Assembly: GCA_007376805.1 (NCBI GenBank)
Contig: VMGX01000001.1
Span: forward strand, 70,461-134,460
Direction of reading: 5' to 3'
DNA length: 64,000 nucleotides
Origin: Parcubacteria group bacterium Athens0714_16
GTDB lineage: Bacteria > Patescibacteriota > Minisyncoccia > Phycocordibacterales > 21-14-all-36-13
Below the pieces are notes generated by a model. That model was given only the letters and a program-made list of their open reading frames with translations. It searched no databases and was not told the DNA's origin. This document shows, one piece after another, positions 1-9,340 of the stretch; positions within the stretch are counted from its first letter, which is position 1, and every line of letters begins with the position of its first letter. Position numbers and translations under genes: made by a program.

Positions 1-96
1 AAGATCGTTAACCCTTGGAAATAAGTTTGAAGAAAGTTCTGTTATTAATAAACTTACCATAGCTTATATAATATAATAAAAAAAAACTTTATGGTA

Positions 97-206
97 GGTG
101 AAAAAGCCCGTTCAGGGCTTTTTCACCAATTTTTTAAATCTTTGGTAATGAAATTTAAAAACTATGTTAATTAATATAAAAAGCCCCCAATTCGTGGGGG
201 CTTTTT
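97..206. terminator. Two hairpins at convergent gene ends (97-127 and 178-206)
   Basis: GGTGAAAAAGCCC-gttca-GGGCTTTTTCACC and AAAAAGCCCCCA..TGGGGGCTTTTT. Confidence 0.7.
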
Positions 207-213
207 AAAAAAA

Positions 214-1245
214 TTATATGAGAGTATATTTTCCGTCTTTTGTTTTCTTAAAACATTTTGGATCTTGTAAATTAACAATGATTGTATTTTCCTTTACATA
301 TCTCTCTTTCAAAACATTTTCTATAATTTCATCCTTTGTCATTGGACCATTTTGTTTCAACATTTGGTTTATAACATCTTTTACAACACCAACCATATAG
401 CCCCATTCTTTTAGTGCATACAATCCTCTACCAACCAAAACAAATCTTGGATCTTTTATTAATTCATTGTGACAAGTAGCAACGTGCGCTTTTTTATTAA
501 ACATTTCACCTATTTTTCTTGTTACTTCAGCAAAGTGCATTGGTGAACCATGTTGTCTTATTATCAAATAAGCATAATCTCTCATTCCTTTTGCATTTAT
601 GTTTGAAGATGAAGACAGCCCCCATTCTCCTAATTGGTTTTTACCTACATTTTTTGAAATTAACAACCATCTCTTTAATGTCTCACTGTCTGAAACGTAT
701 TTTTTAGGAACATCACTTACAAGTTTTGAAAATAACTTCAATATTTCTTCTTCAGAGATTAAATCATTTTCTGCAATTTCACCATTGAGTTTTATCAAAG
801 CACTATGAACCTTGTCAGCTAAGTTTTTATCAATATACCATCTTGGATTAAAATTTTCAGTTTCTTTTTCTTTTGTGAATTCATCTCCCAAAACTAACAA
901 AAGATGTATGTGGTTTTTTTCATCTTCTTTTGCTGAAAGATTTTCAAAAAGATGGTCTTCATGTACTACACCACCAAGCGAATCAATCGCAGACAAAAGT
1001 TCATCAAAGATTTTTCTCTCTTTTGAAATCAGACCTGATTGCTTAATTTTACCCAAAGCATAGTTTTCTATTTGTCTTACTCTTTCTCTTGTTATTCCAT
1101 AATTTTGTCCTATGGCTTCTAGGGTCATTCTTTTTGAGTCTGCACCTAATCCATAACGACTAATCACAACAGTACAAGCGCGTTCTGGTAACGTCTCTAT
1201 TAATTTCTTCGTTATTTGCTTTGGTTTTGTTTGTAATACACTCAT
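214..1245 (-). CDS. Sigma-70 region-4-like HTH protein with C-terminal winged-HTH (HARE-HTH-like) domains
   Basis: RYGL..MTLEAIGQNYGITRERVRQIE sigma-4 motif; C-terminal HNELIKDPRFVLVGRGLYAL. Confidence 0.75.
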   Translation of the reverse strand: MSVLQTKPKQITKKLIETLPERACTVVISRYGLGADSKRMTLEAIGQNYGITRERVRQIENYALGKIKQSGLISKERKIFDELLSAIDSLGGVVHEDHLFENLSAKEDEKNHIHLLLVLGDEFTKEKETENFNPRWYIDKNLADKVHSALIKLNGEIAENDLISEEEILKLFSKLVSDVPKKYVSDSETLKRWLLISKNVGKNQLGEWGLSSSSNINAKGMRDYAYLIIRQHGSPMHFAEVTRKIGEMFNKKAHVATCHNELIKDPRFVLVGRGLYALKEWGYMVGVVKDVINQMLKQNGPMTKDEIIENVLKERYVKENTIIVNLQDPKCFKKTKDGKYTLI

Positions 1246-1446
1246 ATTTTTATAATTTATATACTTATAATATTATTGCGTTTTTTAAAGATATCACAAA
1301 AATGACCCCCTGTCAAACTTTTAAAATGATGCCCCTTTCTGCGTCTTTTTATGCAATTTGTCTATACAGAATACATATAAGTAAATACCATGTCAACTCT
1401 TTTGAATTTTATCGAGGGCGGTGCGCTAAAATAGAATTGAGCTAGA

Positions 1447-4083
1447 TTAGATAGTAACAATATTTACAAGTTTCCCTTTGATATATATAGTTTTTTTGAT
1501 TTTTTTGTCCCCCACCCATTTTAGAACCACTTCCGATGAAAGAGCTTTTTCTTTTATTTCATCTTCACCAAGACCGTTATCCACAGTAAACTTATCTCTA
1601 ATTTTGCCATCCACTTGAACAACAACAATAAAGTTTTCGTTTTCTTTTATTTCGTCATATTTAGGCCATTCACTTTTTTGGATAGATTCTTTTTCCCCCA
1701 TCTCTGCCCACAATTCTTCTGTCACGTGTGGTGCAAATGGAGAAAAAATTTTCAAAAACTTTTTATAATTTTCTTTACTAATTCCATTCTTATCATAAAC
1801 GAAGTTTACAAACATCATCATGGAACTTACAGCAGTATTAAATTTTATGTTTTCAATGTCTTCTCCAACTTTTTTTATTGTTTTATTTAAATAATTATTT
1901 ACACCCTCGTTTTCATTATCAACTATTTTTTCCGAAAGCCCACAAACTCTTTCAATAAATCTAACCATTCCAACAACTCCATTTGTGCTCCAACTTGTTT
2001 CCTGGTCGTAGGGGCCAACAAACATTTCATAAAGTCGAAATGCATCTACTCCAAATTTTTTAACAACATCTTCTGGATTAATAACATTACCTCTGGACTT
2101 TGACATTTTTTCTCCACCTTCACCAAGAATCATTCCATGGGAGGTTCTTCTCACGTATGGCTCGTCAGTCGGAACCAAGCCGATATCAAACAAAAATTTA
2201 TGCCAAAAACGAGAGTACAAAAGGTGCAACGTTGTATGTTCCATTCCCCCGTTATACCAATCTACAGGAGTCCAATATTTTAATTTATCCATGCTTGCAA
2301 ACTCTTTGTCATTTTTGTTATCTGCATATCTCAAATAATACCAAGATGAACCAGCCCAGTTTGGCATTGTATCTGTTTCTCTTTTTGCAGGACCTCCGCA
2401 TTTTGGACATTTTACATTTACCCATTCTTTTATATCAGCCAATGGTGATTCTCCGTTATCATTCGGCTCATATTTTTTTACATCAGGAAGTTCAAGTGGA
2501 AGTTTTTCATCAACAACCCATCCTGGATTTAAAATTTCACCTTCATTAAATTTTTGATTTTGGATTTCTGATTTTGAATTTGGAACTTCTTTGGAATTTG
2601 GTGCTTGTAATTTGGAATTTTCCATTGATTTTTTGCACAATTCACAAAAAATCAATGGTATTGGTTCTCCCCAATACCTTTGTCTTGAAAAAATCCAATC
2701 GCGTAATTTATAAGTTGTTTTGAGTTCCCCACCAACAAATTTTGTAATTTCTTTAATCGCTTCTTCACTTTTCATTCCATCAAATTTTCCTGAATTCCTT
2801 AATACACCAAACTCTGTCCATATCTCATTACCAGCAAGAATCTTTTTAGTTTTTTCATCAATCGCAGTTGTAGTATCAAAATTATGAAATCCTGTCGGGA
2901 AAATTCCTCCAACCACAGGACTATTTGGATATGGATTGATTACGTTTATTATTTCAATTTTATCTGCGTTTATCTGCGATTTTTTATCTGCGTTCATCTG
3001 CGATGCGAATGCAAAGTCGCGTTCGTCATGTGCCGGAACCGCCATTATTGCTCCGGTCCCATAACCAGCTAAAACATAATCAGCTATAAAAACTGGAATT
3101 TCTTTTTTGTTTGCAGGATTTATTGCTTTAATCCCTTTTAATTCAATACCTGTTTTTTGTTTGCCTTCAGCCGTTCTGTCTATATCTTTCTTTTTTGCTG
3201 TTTCAGAAATATATTTTTCAACTTCTTTAAAATTTGAGATTTGAGATTTGAGTTTTGAGATTATTTCATGTTCTGGCGCCAAAACTAAATATGTAGCGCC
3301 AAACAAAGTGTCTGGTCGAGTTGTAAATACATTTACTTCATTTTTATTTTCAGATTTGAGATTTGAGATTTTAGATTTTATTTCAAAAGCAATCTCTGCT
3401 CCCTCACTTTTCCCTATCCAATTTCTCTGTTGAATTTTTATTTTTTCCAAAAATTCTGTTTTGTCCAAATCATCATATAATCTTTCAGCATATTTTGTTA
3501 TGGCTAACATCCATTGTTCCTTTTCTCTTTTTTCAACTGGCCCACCACATCTTTCACAAACACCATTAACAACTTCTTCATTAGCTAAACCAATTTTACA
3601 ACTCAAACACCAATTTATTGGCATCTTTTTTTTATAAGCGAGACCGTGTTTAAAAAATTGTAAAAATATCCACTGAGTCCATTTGTAATATTCAGGACTT
3701 GAAGTATTAATTTCACGAGACCAATCAAATGAAAACCCCAGCGATTTTAATTGTTTTCTAAAATTGTCTGTATTTTTTTTAGTTATTATTTTTGGATTTA
3801 CACCTGTTTTAATCGCATAGTTTTCCGTCGGTAAACCAAAAGCGTCCCATCCAATTGGATAAAGCACATTAAATCCTTCGGCTCTTTTTTTTCTGGCAAC
3901 AACGTCCATGGCCGTATAACCTCGTGCATGACCAACATGAAGTCCCTCTCCAGATGCATATGGAAATTCTATTAAACAATAATATTTGGGTTTTTTCTTA
4001 TCTTCCGTTGTTTTGTTTATTTCATCTTTCTCCCAAATCTTTTGCCATTTGCTTTCTATTTTTGAATGATTGTATTTCCCCAT
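1447..4083 (-). CDS. leuS: Leucine--tRNA ligase carrying repeat-derived insertions
   Basis: HVGH (HIGH) and KMSKS motifs, GWDAFGLP, TTRPDT editing domain, GTGAIMAVPAHD. Confidence 0.97.
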   Translation of the reverse strand: MGKYNHSKIESKWQKIWEKDEINKTTEDKKKPKYYCLIEFPYASGEGLHVGHARGYTAMDVVARKKRAEGFNVLYPIGWDAFGLPTENYAIKTGVNPKIITKKNTDNFRKQLKSLGFSFDWSREINTSSPEYYKWTQWIFLQFFKHGLAYKKKMPINWCLSCKIGLANEEVVNGVCERCGGPVEKREKEQWMLAITKYAERLYDDLDKTEFLEKIKIQQRNWIGKSEGAEIAFEIKSKISNLKSENKNEVNVFTTRPDTLFGATYLVLAPEHEIISKLKSQISNFKEVEKYISETAKKKDIDRTAEGKQKTGIELKGIKAINPANKKEIPVFIADYVLAGYGTGAIMAVPAHDERDFAFASQMNADKKSQINADKIEIINVINPYPNSPVVGGIFPTGFHNFDTTTAIDEKTKKILAGNEIWTEFGVLRNSGKFDGMKSEEAIKEITKFVGGELKTTYKLRDWIFSRQRYWGEPIPLIFCELCKKSMENSKLQAPNSKEVPNSKSEIQNQKFNEGEILNPGWVVDEKLPLELPDVKKYEPNDNGESPLADIKEWVNVKCPKCGGPAKRETDTMPNWAGSSWYYLRYADNKNDKEFASMDKLKYWTPVDWYNGGMEHTTLHLLYSRFWHKFLFDIGLVPTDEPYVRRTSHGMILGEGGEKMSKSRGNVINPEDVVKKFGVDAFRLYEMFVGPYDQETSWSTNGVVGMVRFIERVCGLSEKIVDNENEGVNNYLNKTIKKVGEDIENIKFNTAVSSMMMFVNFVYDKNGISKENYKKFLKIFSPFAPHVTEELWAEMGEKESIQKSEWPKYDEIKENENFIVVVQVDGKIRDKFTVDNGLGEDEIKEKALSSEVVLKWVGDKKIKKTIYIKGKLVNIVTI

Positions 4084-4087
4084 TTTA

Positions 4088-4149
4088 TTTACCCTATTAA
4101 ATAATTCGCCCGAAAGTGAATTCCTGTAAACAGGATTTAACGGGGTTAA
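4088..4149. mobile_element. 62-bp miniature inverted-repeat element (GIY-YIG-element ends)
   Basis: TTTACCCTATTAAAT...ATTTAACGGGGTTAA enclosing two small hairpins; ends match 58626-58916. Confidence 0.6.
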
Positions 4150-4223
4150 TTATACAATAAATTTCTTGTTTAAAAAATGACTAAAAATTAATTGTTGTAA
4201 AAAAAATATTTTTTGATACTATG

Positions 4224-4373
4224 TGGATTCGGTTTTATGGTTTTTGGATTTAAAACCGAAAGAACGTTAAAAAAGGACATGGTGATGAACAAAAGGGCTA
4301 GTACAAGGAACTAGTATCCTGGCAATCGCCAACATTTTTTGTAAGGGGCAATCAAAAATTGCCCCTCTTTATT
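4224..4373 (+). ncRNA. Candidate small RNA unit A
   Basis: TTGTAA..TGaTACTAT promoter-like sequence, internal stems, terminator AGGGGCAAT/ATTGCCCCT+T-run; no long ORF. Confidence 0.4.
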
Positions 4374-4407
4374 TGGTTTGCAAAATAAAAATATTATGAT
4401 AAATTAC

Positions 4408-4533
4408 AGACGCGACCCTTCTTGGATTATGTGGAAAACGTCCAGGGGTACGGCTCAAATCTCCGAGCTAGAGGAGAGATAAAAACGGCGAAAAGGGGTG
4501 TTTGCGAATAGATGCAAACACCCCACTTTTATT
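4408..4533 (+). ncRNA. Candidate small RNA unit B
   Basis: TTGCAA..TGaTAAATT promoter-like sequence, GC-rich stems, terminator GGGGTGTTTGC/GCAAACACCCC+T-run. Confidence 0.4.
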
Positions 4534-4569
4534 TTCCAATGGTTTCGTCACTAGAAAATACTACTGAGC

Positions 4570-5592
4570 TTAATTCAAAAGTGGTTTTGGATATGGTGGA
4601 TATAAATCTTTATCTATTGTTCTTTCAAAACAAGTTTTTCCTTCTTTATGATCCCATGATTCATTTACTCCACCTGCAGGATAAGGACGAGACGCTACAG
4701 ATACATCCTTTCCATAATAATAATCCATCATCGGCATAACTCCTCCACCATTAGAATATTCTACCCAGCCCTTAGGAATTGGTAACGAAAATGTCGCACA
4801 AAGTTCAAATTTAAGTTTATCTTTTACAAAATATTCGTAAGTATTTCCTTTTTCAAACTCAGGATCAACTGGTAATGAATATCCCGATATTGGATTAGCA
4901 AGATCAGAAAGTTTTTCGGGTAATTTTTCTTTTGATTGCCAATAATATATAACTTGATACTGAATACTTTGAAGATCACCTATTCGTCTATCGTCCATTC
5001 TAAGTTTTCTTTGATTTGAGGGGCTTCCCATAATCATAAAACTGAAAATAACCGCTCCGATAACAAGAACTGCCCCAACTATTGCAAAAATTAAACTCGT
5101 TTTAGAAGAAGAATTTTTTTCTCTAAGTAAGAAGATGTAATATGCTCCAACTAAACCGGCAACTACAAGTGCAATTATTACTTTCAAAATAAATCGCGTA
5201 GTTATTTCACCAGAAATAAAATATCTTATGAGAGTAACCAAATCCACCATGATAACTACCGTGGAAAGAAATAAAATAATATACGTCACCCATTTTTTTA
5301 TAACTTCATCTGTGTGACCTATAATTCCTTTTGCATATTTTCTCCAAAAATAAGAGACAACAATAAAAACTGGGAAAAATATAATAAGTGTTGCGAGTGC
5401 TATACGAATGCTTTCATATTCATATAGAGAATATCCGTACTGATAACTTGCATTTAAAACATCCGGAAAATTTTTGTTGAGTGTTTCAAAAACTAGATTA
5501 AGAAATGATGTAACAGAAGTTATTAATGTTATTAATAATCCTAAGCACAAAAAGAAAAAACCTACATTTAATTTTGGTTTGTTTGATTCCAT
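4570..5592 (-). CDS. Multi-pass membrane protein, DUF5671-like with C-terminal extracellular domain
   Basis: Five hydrophobic helices, then GSP..R..DD.RI.DL and FELCATF motifs; start moved to MESNKPK. Confidence 0.65.
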   Translation of the reverse strand: MESNKPKLNVGFFFLCLGLLITLITSVTSFLNLVFETLNKNFPDVLNASYQYGYSLYEYESIRIALATLIIFFPVFIVVSYFWRKYAKGIIGHTDEVIKKWVTYIILFLSTVVIMVDLVTLIRYFISGEITTRFILKVIIALVVAGLVGAYYIFLLREKNSSSKTSLIFAIVGAVLVIGAVIFSFMIMGSPSNQRKLRMDDRRIGDLQSIQYQVIYYWQSKEKLPEKLSDLANPISGYSLPVDPEFEKGNTYEYFVKDKLKFELCATFSLPIPKGWVEYSNGGGVMPMMDYYYGKDVSVASRPYPAGGVNESWDHKEGKTCFERTIDKDLYPPYPKPLLN

Positions 5593-5720
5593 AATAGGTA
5601 TATTGTAGCATTTTTCTAAAAATCTAAAAAAACAATAAAACAAAGCAAAATAAGGATTTTTACAAATAGAAATAAAGAAGTTCAAAATAATTTTTTTAAA
5701 CTATCTGGAGGTACCTTAAA

Positions 5721-6119
5721 ATGACAAAGACAAATAAGTCAGTTGTTTTTGGATTATTATTAACAGGGCTTTTAACTTTTTTAATACCTGTGCTAAACGG
5801 GTTAACAAAAAAAGCCCCCATAATAACCACACCAAACAATGTGGTAAAAACTCTGTTGAAAGGAACAATCGCAGAAAAGCCAGAGTTTTATATTGGTATT
5901 GGTGGCTATGTGAAAATTAGAGTTTCCTACAACAAGGTGTCTGCAACAGACGACACCAAAATTGATTGTTACATTTTCTCAAACAACCCCGACTATATGC
6001 AAATTGGAGATTCTGTAACTTTTCGAAAAATTGATATTGCTTATAGGTTCACTTTTGAAGAGCATCAAAGTTCATTTGGTTTAATAACAAAAATTAAAGA
6101 CACATCGTATTCCTATTAA
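5721..6119 (+). CDS. Hypothetical membrane-anchored protein
   Basis: GGAGG SD, N-terminal TM helix, strong terminator at 6123-6160. Confidence 0.6.
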   Translation: MTKTNKSVVFGLLLTGLLTFLIPVLNGLTKKAPIITTPNNVVKTLLKGTIAEKPEFYIGIGGYVKIRVSYNKVSATDDTKIDCYIFSNNPDYMQIGDSVTFRKIDIAYRFTFEEHQSSFGLITKIKDTSYSY

Positions 6120-6162
6120 GCCAAAACTCGCGTTGTTTTTTAACAACAACGCGAGTTTTTTA

Positions 6163-6330
6163 TTTCCCAAAAAATAAGGCCTGTCCGCCTCTGGCGGAAG
6201 TGGAGCGACTATATTTTTTGAGGATCCAGCTCCACTTTTGTAACTTATTTTTATTAAATTATTAAACTCAAAGAAAATTTCTTTATTTTAGAATTACACC
6301 TGAAAACGAAAACAAAAGTGGGGCTGTGGT
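6163..6330 (+). repeat. REPIN-like dispersed element, copy 1
   Basis: Matches 62768-62913 in reverse; inverted CAGCTCCACTTTT / AAAAGTGGGGCTG pair about 74 bp apart. Confidence 0.75.
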
Positions 6331-6381
6331 AAAATAAAAAACCCTATCATTCGCTTTCGCTACTAGATAAGGTTTGACCAC

Positions 6382-6630
6382 TTAAATTATTTTAAAAATT
6401 ATTAACAAGATAAATATAACACCAGCAATCACAAACACATCTCTGATTACACAACTCCAATTCCCGACACGAAACCAAAACTTTTTCTTTTTTCGCAGGC
6501 CGGAATTTTCCGGCATATGGTCAAGAAATCTGTTTTGTTTATAGAGATTCCTTCGCTTTGATTCAGAAACTTGAATCAAAAAATGAGCTCCAAGCGCTAA
6601 AACAAATAATATTAAAACAAAAATTTTCAT
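6382..6630 (-). CDS. Hypothetical small membrane protein
   Basis: GGAGG SD, two TM segments, upstream TTGACA promoter-like sequence. Confidence 0.55.
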   Translation of the reverse strand: MKIFVLILFVLALGAHFLIQVSESKRRNLYKQNRFLDHMPENSGLRKKKKFWFRVGNWSCVIRDVFVIAGVIFILLIIFKII

Positions 6631-6769
6631 AAGAACTATCCTCCAAAAAGTTGTTTTTCTATTACAAGATTATCACAGTATTACAATATTGTCAACCTTT
6701 GGTTTTTTGTTTTTAACTATTCAACCATTTAGCTAAATTAGAAAATAGTTTTTTGTTTTATTATCTGCG

Positions 6770-6832
6770 TTTACCCTGTTAAATAAATTTGCTCAAGCAA
6801 ATTTTCTACTTTGTAGAATTTAACAGGGTTAA
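6770..6832. mobile_element. 63-bp miniature inverted-repeat element inside an ATCTGCG repeat cluster
   Basis: TTTACCCTGTTAAAT...ATTTAACAGGGTTAA with two internal hairpins. Confidence 0.65.
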
Positions 6833-6867
6833 TCTGCGGTTTTGTTATCTGCATTCATCTGCGGAAT

Positions 6868-7965
6868 TCAAATCTTGAATTCAACGACATCCCCGTCTTT
6901 AACAACATATTCCTTCCCTTCCGTACGAACAAGCCCTTTTGCTTTTGCATTTGCATGTGAACCGGCGTCAACTAAATCTTTCCAATTTATAATTTCTGCA
7001 CGAATAAATTTATCTTTGAAATCAGTGTGAATTGCCATCCCCGCCTCTGGCGCACTTGAATTTCTTTTTATAGTCCACGCCCTCGTCTCATCCTCGCCTG
7101 TCGTCAAAAATGTTATCAAGTCCAAAGCCGAGTACCCTTTTTTAATCAACTCATTTGTTCCGTCATCAAAAACATTTAATTCCTTTCTAAATTCTTTTGC
7201 GTCCTCAACACTCAAGTCCTTCAACTCGTTTTCAATTCCGGCATCAACAATAACAAACTCTGAGCCAGAATCTTTAAAAAACTTCATTAACTTTTCATAT
7301 CTCTCATCTTTTATCTCACACACATCCTTACAACCACTTTTTTTATTTAAAACATAAATTATTTTTTTTGTAGTCAAAAGGTTTAATGTCTTCAAAACTT
7401 CCCTTTCTTCTTTTTCTAAATCAAGTGTTGACGCGAGTTTCCCCTCGTCTAAAACTGCATATACTTTTTTAAAAACCCCTTCTTCAAAAATTGCTTTCTT
7501 ATCTCCCTTCTTAATATCCTTCGCGAGAGTATTAATTCTTTTTGAAACGACTTGAAAATCAGACATTATTAATTCCAAATTTATTATTTCAATATCTTTG
7601 AGCGGGTCTATTTCATTATGAACATGTGTTATATTTTTATCTTCAAATATTCTCACAACCTCCGCAATTGCATCGGTTTCTCTTATGTTCGCCAAAAATT
7701 GATTTCCAAGCCCCTCGCCTTCCGACGCTCCTTTCACAAGCCCCGCAATATCAACAAATTCCACAACCGCTGGAATTTTCTTTTTTGAATTTGAAAATTT
7801 ATTTAATATCTCAACTCGTTCATCGGGCACAGGAACAATCCCCACGGATGGGTCAATTGTGCAGAAAGGATAATTCTCCGCCGGAACGGACTTTTTCGTC
7901 AGCGCATTAAATAGCGTGGACTTCCCCACGTTTGGTAGCCCTACGATTCCTATTGAAATATTCAT
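6868..7965 (-). CDS. ychF: Redox-regulated ATPase YchF
   Basis: GIVGLPNVGKSTLFN, NYPFCTI, DIAGLVKGASEGEGLGNQFL, C-terminal TGS domain. Confidence 0.97.
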   Translation of the reverse strand: MNISIGIVGLPNVGKSTLFNALTKKSVPAENYPFCTIDPSVGIVPVPDERVEILNKFSNSKKKIPAVVEFVDIAGLVKGASEGEGLGNQFLANIRETDAIAEVVRIFEDKNITHVHNEIDPLKDIEIINLELIMSDFQVVSKRINTLAKDIKKGDKKAIFEEGVFKKVYAVLDEGKLASTLDLEKEEREVLKTLNLLTTKKIIYVLNKKSGCKDVCEIKDERYEKLMKFFKDSGSEFVIVDAGIENELKDLSVEDAKEFRKELNVFDDGTNELIKKGYSALDLITFLTTGEDETRAWTIKRNSSAPEAGMAIHTDFKDKFIRAEIINWKDLVDAGSHANAKAKGLVRTEGKEYVVKDGDVVEFKI

Positions 7966-7988
7966 ACAAACATTAAATCACGAAAACA

Positions 7989-8516
7989 CTAAATCGCGAA
8001 ATCAAAAACTTTTACAGGAATTCTTTTTTTATTAGCTTTCTCAATAGTATCTTCTGTGCCAGCACCTTTACTTTCTTTTGTCTTTATATGAAATGCTATC
8101 AACTCATCAGAAAAATCTACAATCTTAGAATTACGTTCATAATACATTGTCTTTTTTGTTTCTTCTGTAAAATTTGTGTCAAAATTTTCCACTAATGCTT
8201 CCGAATTAATTTTTTTTAATTGTGTTAATTGTTTTATAAGATTTTCAGCTTGTTCTTGTGTGATAGTTCCTAAACGAGCATGTTTTCTATAGTGTTCCGA
8301 ATATTTTTCAAGTGTGGTCGGAAGAAAAATTTTTATTTTGTTTGCCTTAGGATCAAATCTGAATGCTTCATCAAGAGCAATGTAATCAACACCTAGCGCT
8401 CCACCAGAAACAATTCCATCTCCACGCTGAATAATTTCTCGCACAACTTTGCGAACTTTGTTTTCAATTTCTTGATTAGTTTTACGCCAACCACCACTAA
8501 TTCCAACCCATTTCAT
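7989..8516 (-). CDS. SLOG (SMF/DprA-LOG) superfamily protein
   Basis: VGISGG, IVSGGALGVD, RNSKIVDFSD, GTEDTI motifs. Confidence 0.75.
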   Translation of the reverse strand: MKWVGISGGWRKTNQEIENKVRKVVREIIQRGDGIVSGGALGVDYIALDEAFRFDPKANKIKIFLPTTLEKYSEHYRKHARLGTITQEQAENLIKQLTQLKKINSEALVENFDTNFTEETKKTMYYERNSKIVDFSDELIAFHIKTKESKGAGTEDTIEKANKKRIPVKVFDFAI

Positions 8517-8621
8517 TTCTAAAATATACCAAATTTTCTATGAATTTGATAATTATTTTTTATTTGATTTGTCGGTTATAATAATCACATATTAAAAACT
8601 TACCTTTCATACTCTTTCAAA

Positions 8622-9314
8622 ATGAACACGGAACAAAATAAATATTGGGAAAATGTTTGGTCTAAAAAAGATTTGTTTCTAATCTCTTTATTCATATTGC
8701 TTGTGTTCGCACCATTTGTTGTAATAGCACTTTTAATAAATACCGAACTGGTTTTTAGAATGATGATAATAAATCTTGGTTCATTTTTTGCTATAACATC
8801 TGTTATTTTTACTTATTCAAAAAGAAAAGGTGTAAATATTAAAGAATTTGTTTTTAAAACTCCTGGTTTCAAATGGATGTTTATTGCGGTTCTAATTGCT
8901 TTGGGAGTTGTAATAATTGGCGGGGGTTTATCAAGTGCTTTTTCTAAATTATTAAATTTAGAATCCAGCGATTCGGGTTTAATAAATACGGTTTCAAGCG
9001 GTAAGTTGTGGTTAGATTTAATAAATCTCAAACTTATAGTGGGAATATTAATTCCTTTTGCGGAAGAATTATTTTTTAGAGGATTAATTTTTAGATATTT
9101 AAGACAAAAAAATTCTTTTGTTATGTCAGCACTTTTGAGTTCATTAATTTTTACACTCGCCCACCTTGACCCAACATCAATCTTTTTTACATTTTTGTTA
9201 GGATTTTCAAGTGCTTGGGTATTAGAAAAAACGAAGTCATTAATTCCTTCATTTCTAATTCATATGGGAGCTAACACCTTAGCAATAAACCTCCTCCTTC
9301 TTTCTATTTTTTAG
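8622..9314 (+). CDS. CPBP (CAAX/Abi) intramembrane metalloprotease
   Basis: EELFFRG, FTLAH and H(M)GAN motifs, multiple TM helices. Confidence 0.9.
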   Translation: MNTEQNKYWENVWSKKDLFLISLFILLVFAPFVVIALLINTELVFRMMIINLGSFFAITSVIFTYSKRKGVNIKEFVFKTPGFKWMFIAVLIALGVVIIGGGLSSAFSKLLNLESSDSGLINTVSSGKLWLDLINLKLIVGILIPFAEELFFRGLIFRYLRQKNSFVMSALLSSLIFTLAHLDPTSIFFTFLLGFSSAWVLEKTKSLIPSFLIHMGANTLAINLLLLSIF

Positions 9315-9340
9315 GAGTTCAAAAATTAAGTAAAAACAAT

